Source of the DNA: an uncultured Sphingomonas sp.
GTDB lineage: Bacteria > Pseudomonadota > Alphaproteobacteria > Sphingomonadales > Sphingomonadaceae
Reading direction: 5' to 3'
Assembly: GCA_902806275.1 (NCBI GenBank)
Contig: CADCVY010000060.1
Span: 1-58,163 of the forward strand
DNA length: 58,163 nt
A program made the translations under genes and the position numbers. Under the pieces are notes generated by a model, which made no database searches, was not told the origin of the DNA, and saw nothing but the letters and a program-made list of their open reading frames with translations. Positions 33,091 through 43,761 of this stretch are shown here, piece after piece. Position 1 is the stretch's first letter, and each line of letters starts with the position of its first letter.

Positions 33091-34403
33091 TCCTCGCGGC
33101 TGCCGCTCTGGTTGACCACCGGCTGCTGGGCCGGAGGCGGCGCCGGCGGCGGCTGCGGCGGCGGTGGCGGCGGGAGCGGCGGCGGCCGGTTCGATCCCGA
33201 ACGGATCCGGACCACGGTGCCCGACTGCTCGACGATCCAGCCGCGCCCGCCCAGCGCGGCAGCAAGTGCGCCGATGTCGCCGCGATAGGTCACCAGCACA
33301 TAACTGGTGCCGCCCGGATTGATCTGCTGCGGCGCGGCCGACTCGACGCCGCCAAGCGTACGCAGATGCGCCATGGCGAAATTGTAGACGGCAACGTCGC
33401 CGCCGCTGCTGATCTGCACCTGGTAGGCGTTGGCCGACCGACCGGACTGCTGACCGGCCGACGGCGTGCGGGTCGGCTCCTCGGCGATCGTCACCGGCAC
33501 CGGCGGCGGTGGCGGCAGGTCGAGGGACGGGTCGCGCACCAGCATGCCGCCTGCAAGCGCATTGGCGAACAGTTGGTCGATCCGGCGGACGCCTTCCGCC
33601 ATCATCCGCGGCATCCCCTCGCTGTTCGCGGCGGTCAGCGTGAATCCACCGACGATTTCATTGTCCGGGCCGTGCCGCCCAATGAATCGCGCGCGGGCGG
33701 GCCCACCCGGATAGAGCCGTTGCACCTGAACCTCTGCGACCAGGATATCGGCGGCGCCATAGAGGTCGACGAGGTTGCGCCACCAGCCGCGACCGGGACG
33801 CTGGGTCTGGGCGGCATTGACCAGCATGGGGTCGGAAGCAAGCCCGCTGACCCGCACATAGTCGATCGCGCTCGACGATGTCCTGAACTGCGCCCAAGCC
33901 CGCTGCCAGCCGTTGCGCAGCTCAACACTGGTTTCGGCACCCCCGGACACGGTAATTGGGATCAGCAGCATCGGCGCTGAGCGTCGCACCTGGCCGCCTT
34001 CGACGCCGAGGAACGCCGCTGCCCGCGCGCGGTCGAACAGCAGGCCAAGGTCGGCGATGTAGCGGTTGGGGCCGATCTGCTCCCGCTCGACATTGATCGA
34101 GCTGACGATCTGGTCGAGCGTCGAATCGGGCAGGTTCGGCGCCTGGTCGATTGGCGCCTTGCGAACGCTTGCCCATAGCTTGCGGAAGCCTTCCCGCTGC
34201 GCGATGCGCCAGCCAGCAAAACGCGCCGATTGCGAGTCAGGCCCGCCGACATCGACGTGGACTCCAGTGACCTCGAGCGTGCCCGAGCTGTCGATCGGAA
34301 GGATGCCGCGCTCGGCGCTTTCCAGCTGCGCGTAGACCGCGCCGGAAAAACCGACGAGAGCAAGAACAACCAAAAAGGGGACGACAAAGCGACGGCGCAG
34401 CAT
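33087..34403 (-). CDS. Conserved exported protein (DUF2066-like) with Pro-rich segments
   Basis: Signal/TM N-terminus, 'VEREQIGPNRYIADLGLLFD', position between purM and hdaA. Confidence 0.6.
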   Translation of the reverse strand: MLRRRFVVPFLVVLALVGFSGAVYAQLESAERGILPIDSSGTLEVTGVHVDVGGPDSQSARFAGWRIAQREGFRKLWASVRKAPIDQAPNLPDSTLDQIVSSINVEREQIGPNRYIADLGLLFDRARAAAFLGVEGGQVRRSAPMLLIPITVSGGAETSVELRNGWQRAWAQFRTSSSAIDYVRVSGLASDPMLVNAAQTQRPGRGWWRNLVDLYGAADILVAEVQVQRLYPGGPARARFIGRHGPDNEIVGGFTLTAANSEGMPRMMAEGVRRIDQLFANALAGGMLVRDPSLDLPPPPPVPVTIAEEPTRTPSAGQQSGRSANAYQVQISSGGDVAVYNFAMAHLRTLGGVESAAPQQINPGGTSYVLVTYRGDIGALAAALGGRGWIVEQSGTVVRIRSGSNRPPPLPPPPPPQPPPAPPPAQQPVVNQSGSREE

Positions 34404-34467
34404 GCGGGCGTCTTTTGGCGACAACGACGTGGAAATCCAAGCGGCTTGTCTCTAGTGGCCAGGCGGC

Positions 34468-35541
34468 ATGAGCCAAAAGCCGCTGACCTACGCCGACGCC
34501 GGTGTCTCCATCGCGCAGGGCAATGCGCTGGTGAAGGCGATTGCGCCCCTCGCGCGCTCAACCGCGCGCCCCGGTGCCGACGCGGAGCTCGGCGGCTTCG
34601 GCGGACTTTTCGACCTGAAGGCAGCGGGTTACGACGATCCGTTGCTGGTCGCTGCCAATGATGGCGTGGGTACCAAGCTCAAGCTTGCCATCGAGCTTGG
34701 ACGGCACGAGGGGGTCGGCATCGACCTCGTGGCCATGTGCGCCAACGACCTTGTCGTCCAGGGCGCGGAGCCATTGTTCTTCCTGGACTATTACGCGACC
34801 GGACAGCTGGACAACGAAGTCGCAGCGCAGGTGGTCGCTTCGATTGCACTAGGCTGCCGCCGCGCAGGCTGCGCGCTGATCGGCGGCGAAACGGCGGAAA
34901 TGCCTGGCATGTACGCGGCCGGCGATTACGACATCGCCGGCTTCTGCGTCGGCGCGGTCGACCGCGATCGGGTCCTGACGGGGGAACGGATAAGGGCGGG
35001 AGACGCGATCCTCGGACTGGCCAGCTCCGGCGTTCACAGCAACGGCTTTTCACTGGTCCGCCGCATCGTCGCCGACTGCCAGTGGAGTCTCGCTGAAGAT
35101 GGGCTGGGAGCACAGCTGCTGGAGCCGACCCGAATCTACGTGCGGCCGTTGCTGCCGCTGGTGCAGCAAGGCCGCATCAAAGGTCTTGCGCACATCACCG
35201 GCGGCGGACTTCTCGAGAATATACCGCGGGTTCTGCCCGAGGGCTGCCATGCGATCGTAGACACCATCGGCTGGGACTTGCCGGCCATCTTTGCGCGCCT
35301 TCAGAATGGCGGCGCCATTAGCGTCGAAGAAATGGCGCGGACCTTCAACTGCGGGTTGGGCATGGCGGTGATCGTCTCCCAGGCCGAGGTCGACGGGGTT
35401 GCCGAAGTGTTGAGGGACGCCGGCGAGACCGTTTACCGGATCGGAATGGTCGAGGCCGGTGAGCGCGGCTGCACGGTGCGCGGCGGAGCGGGCACCTGGA
35501 ACTCGCCCGATCCGTGGAGCGCGACCCACCACCATGGCTAG
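34468..35541 (+). CDS. purM: Phosphoribosylformylglycinamidine cyclo-ligase
   Basis: [39 protein letters not shown]. Confidence 0.96.
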   Translation: MSQKPLTYADAGVSIAQGNALVKAIAPLARSTARPGADAELGGFGGLFDLKAAGYDDPLLVAANDGVGTKLKLAIELGRHEGVGIDLVAMCANDLVVQGAEPLFFLDYYATGQLDNEVAAQVVASIALGCRRAGCALIGGETAEMPGMYAAGDYDIAGFCVGAVDRDRVLTGERIRAGDAILGLASSGVHSNGFSLVRRIVADCQWSLAEDGLGAQLLEPTRIYVRPLLPLVQQGRIKGLAHITGGGLLENIPRVLPEGCHAIVDTIGWDLPAIFARLQNGGAISVEEMARTFNCGLGMAVIVSQAEVDGVAEVLRDAGETVYRIGMVEAGERGCTVRGGAGTWNSPDPWSATHHHG

Positions 35542-36502
35542 GCGGGCCAGGGTTGCCGTCCTCCTGTCCGGGCGCGGCTCGAACATGGCCGCACTCCTCT
35601 ACGCAGCCAAGGACGAGGACTGCCCGTACGAAGTGGTGCTGGTCAGCGGCGACAATCCGGACGCCGCGGGGTTGCGGGTGGCCGAGGCTGAAGGCGCGCG
35701 CGTGGTCCGGCTCCCGCCGCCTAAGCCGACCGAAAAGGCTCAATTTTTCGCGGCCTTAAACGGGGAACTTAAGAACGAAGGAGCGGACTACATCGCCCTC
35801 GCCGGCTTCATGCGCATCATCCCGGTCGACTTCATCACGCAATGGGCGGGCCGGATCGTCAACATCCACCCTTCGCTGCTGCCCAAGTACAAAGGGCTCG
35901 ATACGCACAGGCAGGCAATCGCAGCCGGCGACCGTTTCGGCGGCTGCTCCGTCCATATCGTCACCGCGGAGGTCGACGATGGCCCGGTGCTGGCGCAGAC
36001 TGCGGTCGCGATCATGCCCGGGGACACGCCCGAAAGCCTGGCGGAGCGGGTGCTGATCGCCGAGCACCAGCTCTATCCGCGTGCCCTTGCCGCATTTGTC
36101 ACCCGCGAGAACGACCCGGCGTGGATCGAGGCTAAAGTGGCAGAACTCGCGCTGGCGCTGCCCGAGACGCGGTTCAAGACCAGCCACGGCTCTTCCGCCT
36201 GGCGGGTCGGGAGCGAAAGCAGCGGCAAGTTCTTTGCCATCATGTGGAAGCGTTTCCACGGCGAGGATTCAACGGCCGTGCTGGTCAAATGCAGTGGCCA
36301 GGACGAGCTTGCCCAGCTGGTCGACTCCGAGCCCGACATCTACTTCCGCCCGGCCTACTACGGCCCCTCCGACTGGGTCGGCGTCAGGCTCGACCGGCCC
36401 AACGTCGATTGGGATCATGTGGGCCAATGGCTGCAGCGAAGCTGGCGCGCCGTAGCGCCGCCCCGCCTCACGAAGCTGACGCGGGCGGCCGATCAGTTCT
36501 AG
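35534..36502 (+). CDS. purN: Phosphoribosylglycinamide formyltransferase fused to C-terminal MmcQ/YjbR-like domain
   Basis: [26 protein letters not shown]; then ~130 aa '[34 protein letters not shown]'. Confidence 0.88.
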   Translation: MARRARVAVLLSGRGSNMAALLYAAKDEDCPYEVVLVSGDNPDAAGLRVAEAEGARVVRLPPPKPTEKAQFFAALNGELKNEGADYIALAGFMRIIPVDFITQWAGRIVNIHPSLLPKYKGLDTHRQAIAAGDRFGGCSVHIVTAEVDDGPVLAQTAVAIMPGDTPESLAERVLIAEHQLYPRALAAFVTRENDPAWIEAKVAELALALPETRFKTSHGSSAWRVGSESSGKFFAIMWKRFHGEDSTAVLVKCSGQDELAQLVDSEPDIYFRPAYYGPSDWVGVRLDRPNVDWDHVGQWLQRSWRAVAPPRLTKLTRAADQF

Positions 36503-36504
36503 CG

Positions 36505-36927
36505 CTAGCCGACGATCTCTTCTGGCTTGAAGAAGTAATCGATCTCGATCTGCGCGTTCTCGTCGCTGTCCGAGCCGTGGACGGTGTTGGCCTCGATCGA
36601 TTCTGCATGAACCTTGCGGATGGTGCCCTCGTCGGCGTTCTCGGGATTGGTGGCGCCCATCACCTGCCGGTTGCGGGCAACGGCGTCTTCGCCTTCCAGC
36701 ACCTGCACTACCACGGGGCCTGACGTCATGAAGGCAACCAGGTCCTTGAAGAACGGCCGCTCGCGGTGAACGCCGTAGAAGCCCTCGGCCTGCTCGCGGC
36801 TCATGCGGATGCGCTTGGATGCGACCACGCGCAGGCCGGCTTCCTCGAGCATCTTGGTGACGGCGCCGGTCAGGTTGCGGCGGGTGGCGTCGGGCTTGAT
36901 GATCGAAAAGGTGCGCGTCGCGGCCAT
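36505..36927 (-). CDS. ndk: Nucleoside diphosphate kinase
   Basis: [14 protein letters not shown]; ATG at 36927. Confidence 0.96.
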   Translation of the reverse strand: MAATRTFSIIKPDATRRNLTGAVTKMLEEAGLRVVASKRIRMSREQAEGFYGVHRERPFFKDLVAFMTSGPVVVQVLEGEDAVARNRQVMGATNPENADEGTIRKVHAESIEANTVHGSDSDENAQIEIDYFFKPEEIVG

Positions 36928-37017
36928 GACCGGGCGTTCTCCTGTGCTGATGGTGGCGGGACGGGGGTGACTGGAATTGGCGCAGCGCCTAGCGGCGCGG
37001 GCCTCGAACGGCAAGGC

Positions 37018-37455
37018 TCAAGCCTTTTTCACCCACTTGCCGTCCGACTGCGCCCAGTAGCGCCGTTCCACCCCTTCACGCCCGGCGAGCAGCTTCCAGG
37101 CGAGACGCGCAGCCTCCAGCGTCGCCCCGTCGAACAGATAGAATGCGCGGTCGTAGCTCAGCGCCGCCTCGCGCCACTCGCCGTCGGCGATCAGCATGTT
37201 GCGCGCCAGGTTCGGCGCATCGGGGCTGGTCGACAGTAGGAGCGGCTGCCGGGCGTCATCGACGCCCCCGGCAACGCCGTGCGGCAGAAAGCTCGTGTCC
37301 CCCTGGTCCCACAGCACGCGGTCGAGCTTTGCCAGCAGCGCCTCGTCCTGGGCGACGATCAGCAGGCGCCCGCCTTCCGACAGCAGCTTGCCCGCGATGC
37401 TGGCGATGACCTGCTCGGGCGACGTCCCGCCAAGCTGATAGAAATCAATCAGCAT
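37018..37455 (-). CDS. holC: DNA polymerase III chi subunit
   Basis: IDFYQL, LDRVLW...SFLPHG, ARLAWK. Confidence 0.88.
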   Translation of the reverse strand: MLIDFYQLGGTSPEQVIASIAGKLLSEGGRLLIVAQDEALLAKLDRVLWDQGDTSFLPHGVAGGVDDARQPLLLSTSPDAPNLARNMLIADGEWREAALSYDRAFYLFDGATLEAARLAWKLLAGREGVERRYWAQSDGKWVKKA

Positions 37456-37467
37456 CCCGGCTTCGGC

Positions 37468-38919
37468 TCAGGCTTCGAGGACGTCTTCCACATATTGGTC
37501 GAGCAGCCGCACGCCAAAACCGGTGGCGCCCTTCTCATAGGTGCTCGACGGCTTGTCGGACCAGGCTTTACCGGCGATGTCCAGGTGGGCCCAGCGCACG
37601 CCATCGTCGACGAACCGCTTGATGAACTGCGCTGCCGTTATCGAGCCGCCTTCGCGGGGGCCGACGTTCTTCATATCGGCAATCGGCGAATCGATCAGGC
37701 GGTCGAAGCTTTCCCCCAACGGCTGCCGCCAAAGCTTGTCGCCGGTCCTTTCACCGGCGGCGACCAACTGCTGCGCCAGCTCGTCGTCCGGCGTGAACAA
37801 ACCGCCATATTCGTGCCCAAGCGCGATCAGAATGGCGCCGGTTAGGGTCGCAAGGTCGATGATCGTGGCCGGCTTGTAGGTCTGCTGCACATAGGTGATC
37901 GCGTCGGCCAGCACGAGCCGCCCTTCGGCATCGGTGTTGATGACCTCGATGGTTTGGCCCGACATGCTGGTGACGACATCGCCGGGCCGCTGGGCATTGC
38001 CGTCCGGCATGTTCTCGACCAGCCCGCAAACCGCGACGATGTTGGCCTTGGCCTTGCGCTGGGCGATCGCCTTCATTGCGCCGACCACCGCGCCTGCGCC
38101 GCCCATGTCCCACTTCATTCCTTCCATCCCGGCCGCCGGCTTGATCGAGATACCGCCGGTATCGAAGGTCACGCCCTTGCCGACGAATGCGGTCGGAGCG
38201 CTGCCCCCCTGCCCGCCGTTCCAGCGCAGCACCAGCATGCGTGCTTCCCGTACCGAGCCTTGCGCGACGCCGAGCAGCGCGCCCATTCCAAGCTTTTCCA
38301 TTGCGCCGCGATCGAGCACCTCGACTTCGAGCCCGCTGCCCTCGACCGACGCCCGGACCCGTTCGACGAAGCTTTCGGGATAGATGATGTTCGCCGGCTC
38401 GGCGACCAACTCGCGGGTGAGCCTGATGCCTTCGACCACCGGCTCCCAGCGCGCCCGATAGCGCCCCTCGGCTTCGGCACCCGCGCCGACGATCGTGATT
38501 TCCGCCAAAGTCGGCTTCTGCTTGTCCTTAAGGCGCGTGCGATAGCGGTCGTGCCGCCATGCCCTAAGCGCCGCCCCCATAGCCACTCTGGCAGCAGCGT
38601 CGGCATCGAAGCCCACCCCGGTCAGGTCGATCGCCGCATGGGTTTCCCCGGAGACGAGCAGCCTCGCGACGGCAGTGCCGCCCAGCTTCTCGGGCCCGTC
38701 GCCCGCGCCGGCGGCCTTGCCCACCCCGATCACCACCAGGCGGCGGCCGTCGGCGAAATGCTAGGCCGCCGACCCCGCTTCGCCTTCGAAGCGCTGACGG
38801 GCAAGCGCCTGGCGCAGCTCGCCACCGGCGTTGCGGACGGGATCGGAGTCCAGCCCCGACGCGGGCAGGACAAGCGCGAAATCTCCGTCGGGCAGGCGGT
38901 CGGCAAAGCGGATTTTCAT
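37468..38919 (-). pseudogene. pepA: Leucyl aminopeptidase (M17) with an in-frame TAG at codon 53 (38761-38763)
   Basis: MKIRF...GSAA*HFADGRRLVVIG in one frame; intact GKGVTFDTGG, MKWDMGG, NTDAEGRL catalytic motifs. Confidence 0.8.
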
Positions 38920-39071
38920 GGTGCTAGTCCTTGGAAACTGACGGTTTGGCGTGGCTTTAGGGGGCGCCGCTCGGCTTGGCAAAGTGGCCATTGCCGGATT
39001 GTCGGGCGACCGCCGAGGCGATAGGCACGAGAACTCGTAAAGCGAGCCAAGCGGGCGGGACCAAATAGCTT

Positions 39072-41297
39072 TTGTCGAAATGTTTCGCCTGGTGGTCGGC
39101 CCTGCCGATGCTGCTGGTCTTGCCCAGCACCGGCTTGGCGCAGACCGTCGGACTGGACATGGCGCCATCGCCGGACCCGGTCGCCGCCCAAAGTAGCGAG
39201 CTGGTCGACTTCAGCGCCGACCAGGTCGCCTACGAAGGCGACAGTGAAATCGTCGCCGCCACCGGGTCGGTGCGGATGTCGCGGGAGGGCAACTACCTCG
39301 CCGCCGACCAGGTGGTGTGGAACCGCGGTACGGGGGAAGTCCGCGCCATCGGCAACGTCGTCCTGATCACGCCAGAAGGCGACAAGCTGGTCGGCGACAG
39401 CGTCGTTCTGACCGACAGTCTGCGCGACGGCACGGTCGCCAACCTCCTGATCGTGCTCGAAAGCGGTGGCCGGATCGCCGCAGCGCGCGGAACGCGCACC
39501 GGGCAAGTCACAGCGCTCGAGAACGCGATCTACTCACCGTGCCCGGTCACCAACGAGAATGGCTGCGCGAAGCGGCCGAGCTGGTCGATCACGGCTGCGC
39601 GCGTCATCAACGATCCGGTGCGCGACACCGTTCGCTTTCAGGGCGGGCGGCTTCAATTGTTCGGGATCAACCTCCCGCTGCTGCCGATATTCTCGATCAG
39701 CCAGGGTTCGGGCGGCGCCAGCGGCTGGCTGGTGCCGGATGTCAGCTTCTCCACCAGGAAGGGGCTGGAGGTCGCGGTCCCATATCATCGTCGCTTTGGG
39801 CGCAACCGCGATCTGACAGTCACCCCCCACCTTTACACGGGCGTGTGGCCGGCGCTTGAGGCCAAATATCGCGAGCTCAATCGGCTTGGCGCCTTCCAGG
39901 TTTCCGGCTTCGCGACCTACGGCTCGATCGAGAGCGCGGACCTCGAAGCCACGAACGACGACGCCAAGCGCGGCCTGCGCGGCTATTTCGAGGCCAATGG
40001 GAGGCTTCAACTCGACCCATTGTGGAGCGTGACCGGCTCCCTCCGGGCAGCCAGCGACAAGACCGTCACCCGCCGCTACGACCTGACGCGCGATGACCGG
40101 CTGCGCAACGTCATCAACGCGGAGCGCATCACCCCCAACTCGTACCTCTCGATCGCCGGTTGGGCGTTCCAGGGTTTGCGACCGGAAGACGACCAGGAGC
40201 GCATCCCGGTGGCGCTGCCGGCGATCGATGCGCGGATGCGGCTGCCCGAGCCGCTGCTCGGCGGCACGGTCGAAGTGCAGGCCAACAGCCTCGCTATCCT
40301 CCGGGTCGACGGCCAGGACACGCAACGCGCCTTCGCCCGCGCCCGATGGGACATGCGGCGCCTCACCCCCTGGGGCCAGGAACTGACGCTCACCGCTTAT
40401 TCGCGCGGCGACCTCTACCACACCGACGAGGCGGGAGAGACCAGCGTCGCCGTCTATCGCGGCGAGAATGGCTGGCAGACGCGGCTCATCGGAGCGCTCG
40501 CCGCCGACCTCCGCTGGCCGCTGATCGGACCGGCGCTCGGCGGACTGCAACGGCTGACTCCGCGCGTGCAGCTGGTGGCGACGCCGCCGACCGAGAACCT
40601 CGACATTCCCAATGAGGATGCGCGTTCGGTCGACCTTGAGGACAGCAACCTGTTCGCACTGAACCGCTTCCCGGGTTATGATCGATGGGAGGACAGTTCC
40701 CGCATCACCTATGGCGTCGATTGGGCGTTCGACCGCCCCAAGCTGTCGGTCACGACCAATGTCGGCCAAAGCTACCGGCTCGCCCGGCGCTCGATTTTCC
40801 CGCAAGGCACAGGACTTACCGATCGTCTTTCGGACGTCGTCGGAAAGACCAGGGTTCGCTATGGCCGCTTCATCGACCTCACCCACCGGTTTCGACTGGA
40901 CAAGGACAATCTTGCTATTCGCCGCAGCGAACTCGACCTGACCGTCGGAAGTGAGCAAACCTATGTCCAGGTCGGCTACCTCCGGCTCAACCGCGACATC
41001 GACCCGCTGATCGAAGACCTCCGCGACAAGGAAGAGTTGCGGCTCGCCGGCCGGGTGTTGTTCGAGCGCTACTGGTCGATCTTCGGCGCGACGGTGCTCG
41101 ACCTGACCAACCGCGACGAGGATCCGCTTTCGCTTTCCGATGGCTTCACTCCGGTGCGGCACCGGGTGGGCGTCGCTTACGAAGACGAGTGCATCGAGCT
41201 TGGCGTCAGCCTGCGGCGCGACTATGAGCGGATCGGCACCTTCCGCAAAGGGACCACCTTCGCGTTGCGCTTGGCGCTGAAGGGCTTAGGCCGCTAA
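39072..41297 (+). CDS. lptD: LPS assembly protein LptD
   Basis: OstA-like N-domain (YSPC), PNEDA, RFPGYDRWE, YEDEC; precedes surA-pdxA-rsmA. Confidence 0.9.
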   Translation: MSKCFAWWSALPMLLVLPSTGLAQTVGLDMAPSPDPVAAQSSELVDFSADQVAYEGDSEIVAATGSVRMSREGNYLAADQVVWNRGTGEVRAIGNVVLITPEGDKLVGDSVVLTDSLRDGTVANLLIVLESGGRIAAARGTRTGQVTALENAIYSPCPVTNENGCAKRPSWSITAARVINDPVRDTVRFQGGRLQLFGINLPLLPIFSISQGSGGASGWLVPDVSFSTRKGLEVAVPYHRRFGRNRDLTVTPHLYTGVWPALEAKYRELNRLGAFQVSGFATYGSIESADLEATNDDAKRGLRGYFEANGRLQLDPLWSVTGSLRAASDKTVTRRYDLTRDDRLRNVINAERITPNSYLSIAGWAFQGLRPEDDQERIPVALPAIDARMRLPEPLLGGTVEVQANSLAILRVDGQDTQRAFARARWDMRRLTPWGQELTLTAYSRGDLYHTDEAGETSVAVYRGENGWQTRLIGALAADLRWPLIGPALGGLQRLTPRVQLVATPPTENLDIPNEDARSVDLEDSNLFALNRFPGYDRWEDSSRITYGVDWAFDRPKLSVTTNVGQSYRLARRSIFPQGTGLTDRLSDVVGKTRVRYGRFIDLTHRFRLDKDNLAIRRSELDLTVGSEQTYVQVGYLRLNRDIDPLIEDLRDKEELRLAGRVLFERYWSIFGATVLDLTNRDEDPLSLSDGFTPVRHRVGVAYEDECIELGVSLRRDYERIGTFRKGTTFALRLALKGLGR

Positions 41298-41361
41298 GGC
41301 TGCGTTCAGCGGGCCTGCGTAAATGGCCGCTGTTGAGCTGGGGAATAAGGATTTTCTGAAC

Positions 41362-42729
41362 GTGGCAGCGGCTTTCGGACTGAAATCGACACGCATGAAA
41401 TCGGCGGCCGCCTTGCTTGGCCTGCTTGCAGGCACCGCCGCGGTTGCACAGCAAGGCACTGGGCCCGCGGCACCGGCTGCGGCCAACAGCTCGCGCTCGC
41501 TTCGCCTGCCCCAGAACCCGACGGTGTTCGGCACCGCCTTGCCAGCGGTGGTCAAGGCGACAGCCATCGTCAATGGCGACATCATTACGCAAACCGATAT
41601 CGACCATCGCGTGGCGCTCTTGGCGATGTCTAATGGCGGTCAAATTCCCGCCGATGAGCTGGAGCGGCTGCGGCAGCAGGTACTGCGCAACCTGATCGAC
41701 GAGACCCTGCAGATACAGGCCGCCACCGCCGACAAGATCGAGATCAAGAAGTCGGACATCGACCGCACCGTCGCCCGCGTGGCCGGCCAGGTGAAACAGA
41801 CTCCCGAGCAACTCGAGACCTATCTTGCGGCCAACGGGTCCTCGATCCGTTCGCTTCGCCGCCAGATCGAAGGCGAGCTCGCCTGGGCGCGGCTGCAGCG
41901 TGCCAAAATCGAAAGCGGCATCAGCGTCGGCGACGACGAGGTCAAGGCGGTGCTTGATCGCATGACCGCCTCGAAGGGCTCCGAGGAGTATCGGGTTGGC
42001 GAGATTTTCCTCGCCGCTACCCCGGCCAACCAGACCGAAGCCTTCGCGAACGCCAACAAGATCCTCGAGCAGCTCAAGACCGGCGCATCGTTCGCCGGCT
42101 ATGCCCGCCAGTTCTCGGAAGCGTCGACGGCTGCCGTCGGCGGCGACCTCGGCTGGGTCAGGCCCGAACAGCTGCCGGCACCGCTCGCGGCGGTGGTGCG
42201 GCAAATGGCACCGGGTTCGGTCAGCAACCCGATCCCCGTCCCTGGCGGCCTGTCGATCATCGCTGTTCAGGACACGCGCAAGATCCTGACCGCCGATCCG
42301 CGCGACGCAGTGCTTACCCTCAAACAGGTTTCGATCAGCTTTCCGGCGGGCACCAGCCGGCAGCAAGCCGAGCCGGTGGTCTCCCGCTTTGCGAACGCGG
42401 CGCGTACCGTCGGCGGCTGCGGCGGCGCCGATAAACTCGCGGCCGACTTCCGCGGCGAAGTGGTCGAAAGCGATCAGATCAAGATGCGCGACCTGCCGCC
42501 GGTGCTCCAGCAGATGATGCTGCCGATGCAGGTCGGCCAGGCGACGCAGCCGTTCGGCGCTCTGGAAGAGGGCGTGCGGGTGCTGGTGATCTGCGGCCGC
42601 GATGAGACCGACCCGACCGAGCCGACCTTCGACCAGGTCTACAACCAGCTCAACGAGGAGCGCGTGAACCTGCGCTCGCGGCGGTACCTGCGCGATCTGC
42701 GGCGCGACGCGGTGATCGAATTCCGCTAG
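41362..42729 (+). CDS. surA: SurA-like peptidylprolyl isomerase chaperone (start 41362 or 41395)
   Basis: AIVNGDIITQTDI, LIDETLQ, ARQFS..GGDLGW, YLRDLRRDAVIE. Confidence 0.88.
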   Translation: MAAAFGLKSTRMKSAAALLGLLAGTAAVAQQGTGPAAPAAANSSRSLRLPQNPTVFGTALPAVVKATAIVNGDIITQTDIDHRVALLAMSNGGQIPADELERLRQQVLRNLIDETLQIQAATADKIEIKKSDIDRTVARVAGQVKQTPEQLETYLAANGSSIRSLRRQIEGELAWARLQRAKIESGISVGDDEVKAVLDRMTASKGSEEYRVGEIFLAATPANQTEAFANANKILEQLKTGASFAGYARQFSEASTAAVGGDLGWVRPEQLPAPLAAVVRQMAPGSVSNPIPVPGGLSIIAVQDTRKILTADPRDAVLTLKQVSISFPAGTSRQQAEPVVSRFANAARTVGGCGGADKLAADFRGEVVESDQIKMRDLPPVLQQMMLPMQVGQATQPFGALEEGVRVLVICGRDETDPTEPTFDQVYNQLNEERVNLRSRRYLRDLRRDAVIEFR

Positions 42730-42756
42730 GCGCGACACTCGGCTAGGGCCGCCGTC

Positions 42757-43761
42757 GTGTCATCGCTTCCGCCCCCGCCGCTCGCAATCTCGCTTGGCGA
42801 TCCCGCCGGCATCGGTCCGGAAGTGATCGCCAAATGCTGGGACAATCGGTCGGCGTTCAGCCTGCCGCCCTTCATCGCCATCGGCGATCCGCGCTCCGTT
42901 GCAGCCGTCTGGGACGGTCCGATCGCCATGATCACCGACCCGCGCGAAGCCGATTCAGCATTCGACGTCGGCCTGCCGCTCATCCAACTGCTCGCTCCCC
43001 AAGAGGACACGCCCGGCCACCCCAGCGTGGCTGGCGCCCATTGCTCGCTCGATTGCCTCGAGATTGCGGTGGGTCTCGCGCGCTCCGGTTCGGCAGCAGC
43101 AGTTGTCACTGGTCCCGTCTCCAAGGAGCAGCTCTACAACATCGGCTTCCAGCAGCCCGGACAGACGGAGTTCGTCGCGGAGCGCTGCGGCATCTCTCCC
43201 GGCAACGTGGTCATGATGCTCGCCGGGCCCTCCCTCCGCACGATCCACGTGACGACGCACGTGGGCCTGGCCCGGGTGCCGGAGAAGCTGACCAGCGCCT
43301 TGATCGAGTCCCGCGGGCGGGCGGCCCTGCGCGGCCTGCAGCGCAACTTCGGCCTTGCTCAGCCGCGCCTCGCAGTCTCGGGGCTGAACCCGCACGCCGG
43401 CGAAGGCGGAGCGCTTGGCAATGAGGAAGCCGAAATTATTGCGCCGGCGATCGCGGCGCTGGCGGCCGAAGGCTGGACGGTGACCGGGCCCCACCCCGCG
43501 GACACCATGTTCCACGCGCGTGCCCGCGCCAATTACGACGCCGCGCTGTGCATGTACCACGACCAGGCGCTGATCCCGGTCAAGGCGCTTCATTTCGAAG
43601 ATGCGGTGAACGTCACGCTCGGGCTGCCGATCGTCCGCACCGCCCCTGACCACGGTACCGCGTTCGACATCGCCGGGCAGGATCGCGCCGACCCGCGGCC
43701 GATGGCGGCTGCGATCCGAATGGCGGCGCAATGCGCCGCTTACCGTGCGGAAACGGCTTGA
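42757..43761 (+). CDS. pdxA: 4-hydroxythreonine-4-phosphate dehydrogenase
   Basis: GDPAGIGPE, LNPHAGE, MYHDQ, RTAPDHGTAFDIAG. Confidence 0.95.
   Translation: MSSLPPPPLAISLGDPAGIGPEVIAKCWDNRSAFSLPPFIAIGDPRSVAAVWDGPIAMITDPREADSAFDVGLPLIQLLAPQEDTPGHPSVAGAHCSLDCLEIAVGLARSGSAAAVVTGPVSKEQLYNIGFQQPGQTEFVAERCGISPGNVVMMLAGPSLRTIHVTTHVGLARVPEKLTSALIESRGRAALRGLQRNFGLAQPRLAVSGLNPHAGEGGALGNEEAEIIAPAIAALAAEGWTVTGPHPADTMFHARARANYDAALCMYHDQALIPVKALHFEDAVNVTLGLPIVRTAPDHGTAFDIAGQDRADPRPMAAAIRMAAQCAAYRAETA

Noticed and set aside
33120-33190. GGC-rich tandem-like run
   Set aside because: Encodes the poly-Pro tail of the 33087-34403 protein; coding low complexity
38761-38763. Genome-wide TAG recoding
   Set aside because: Many genes here end normally at TAG (e.g. 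greB, surA, rsmA, msrB); only one internal TAG was seen
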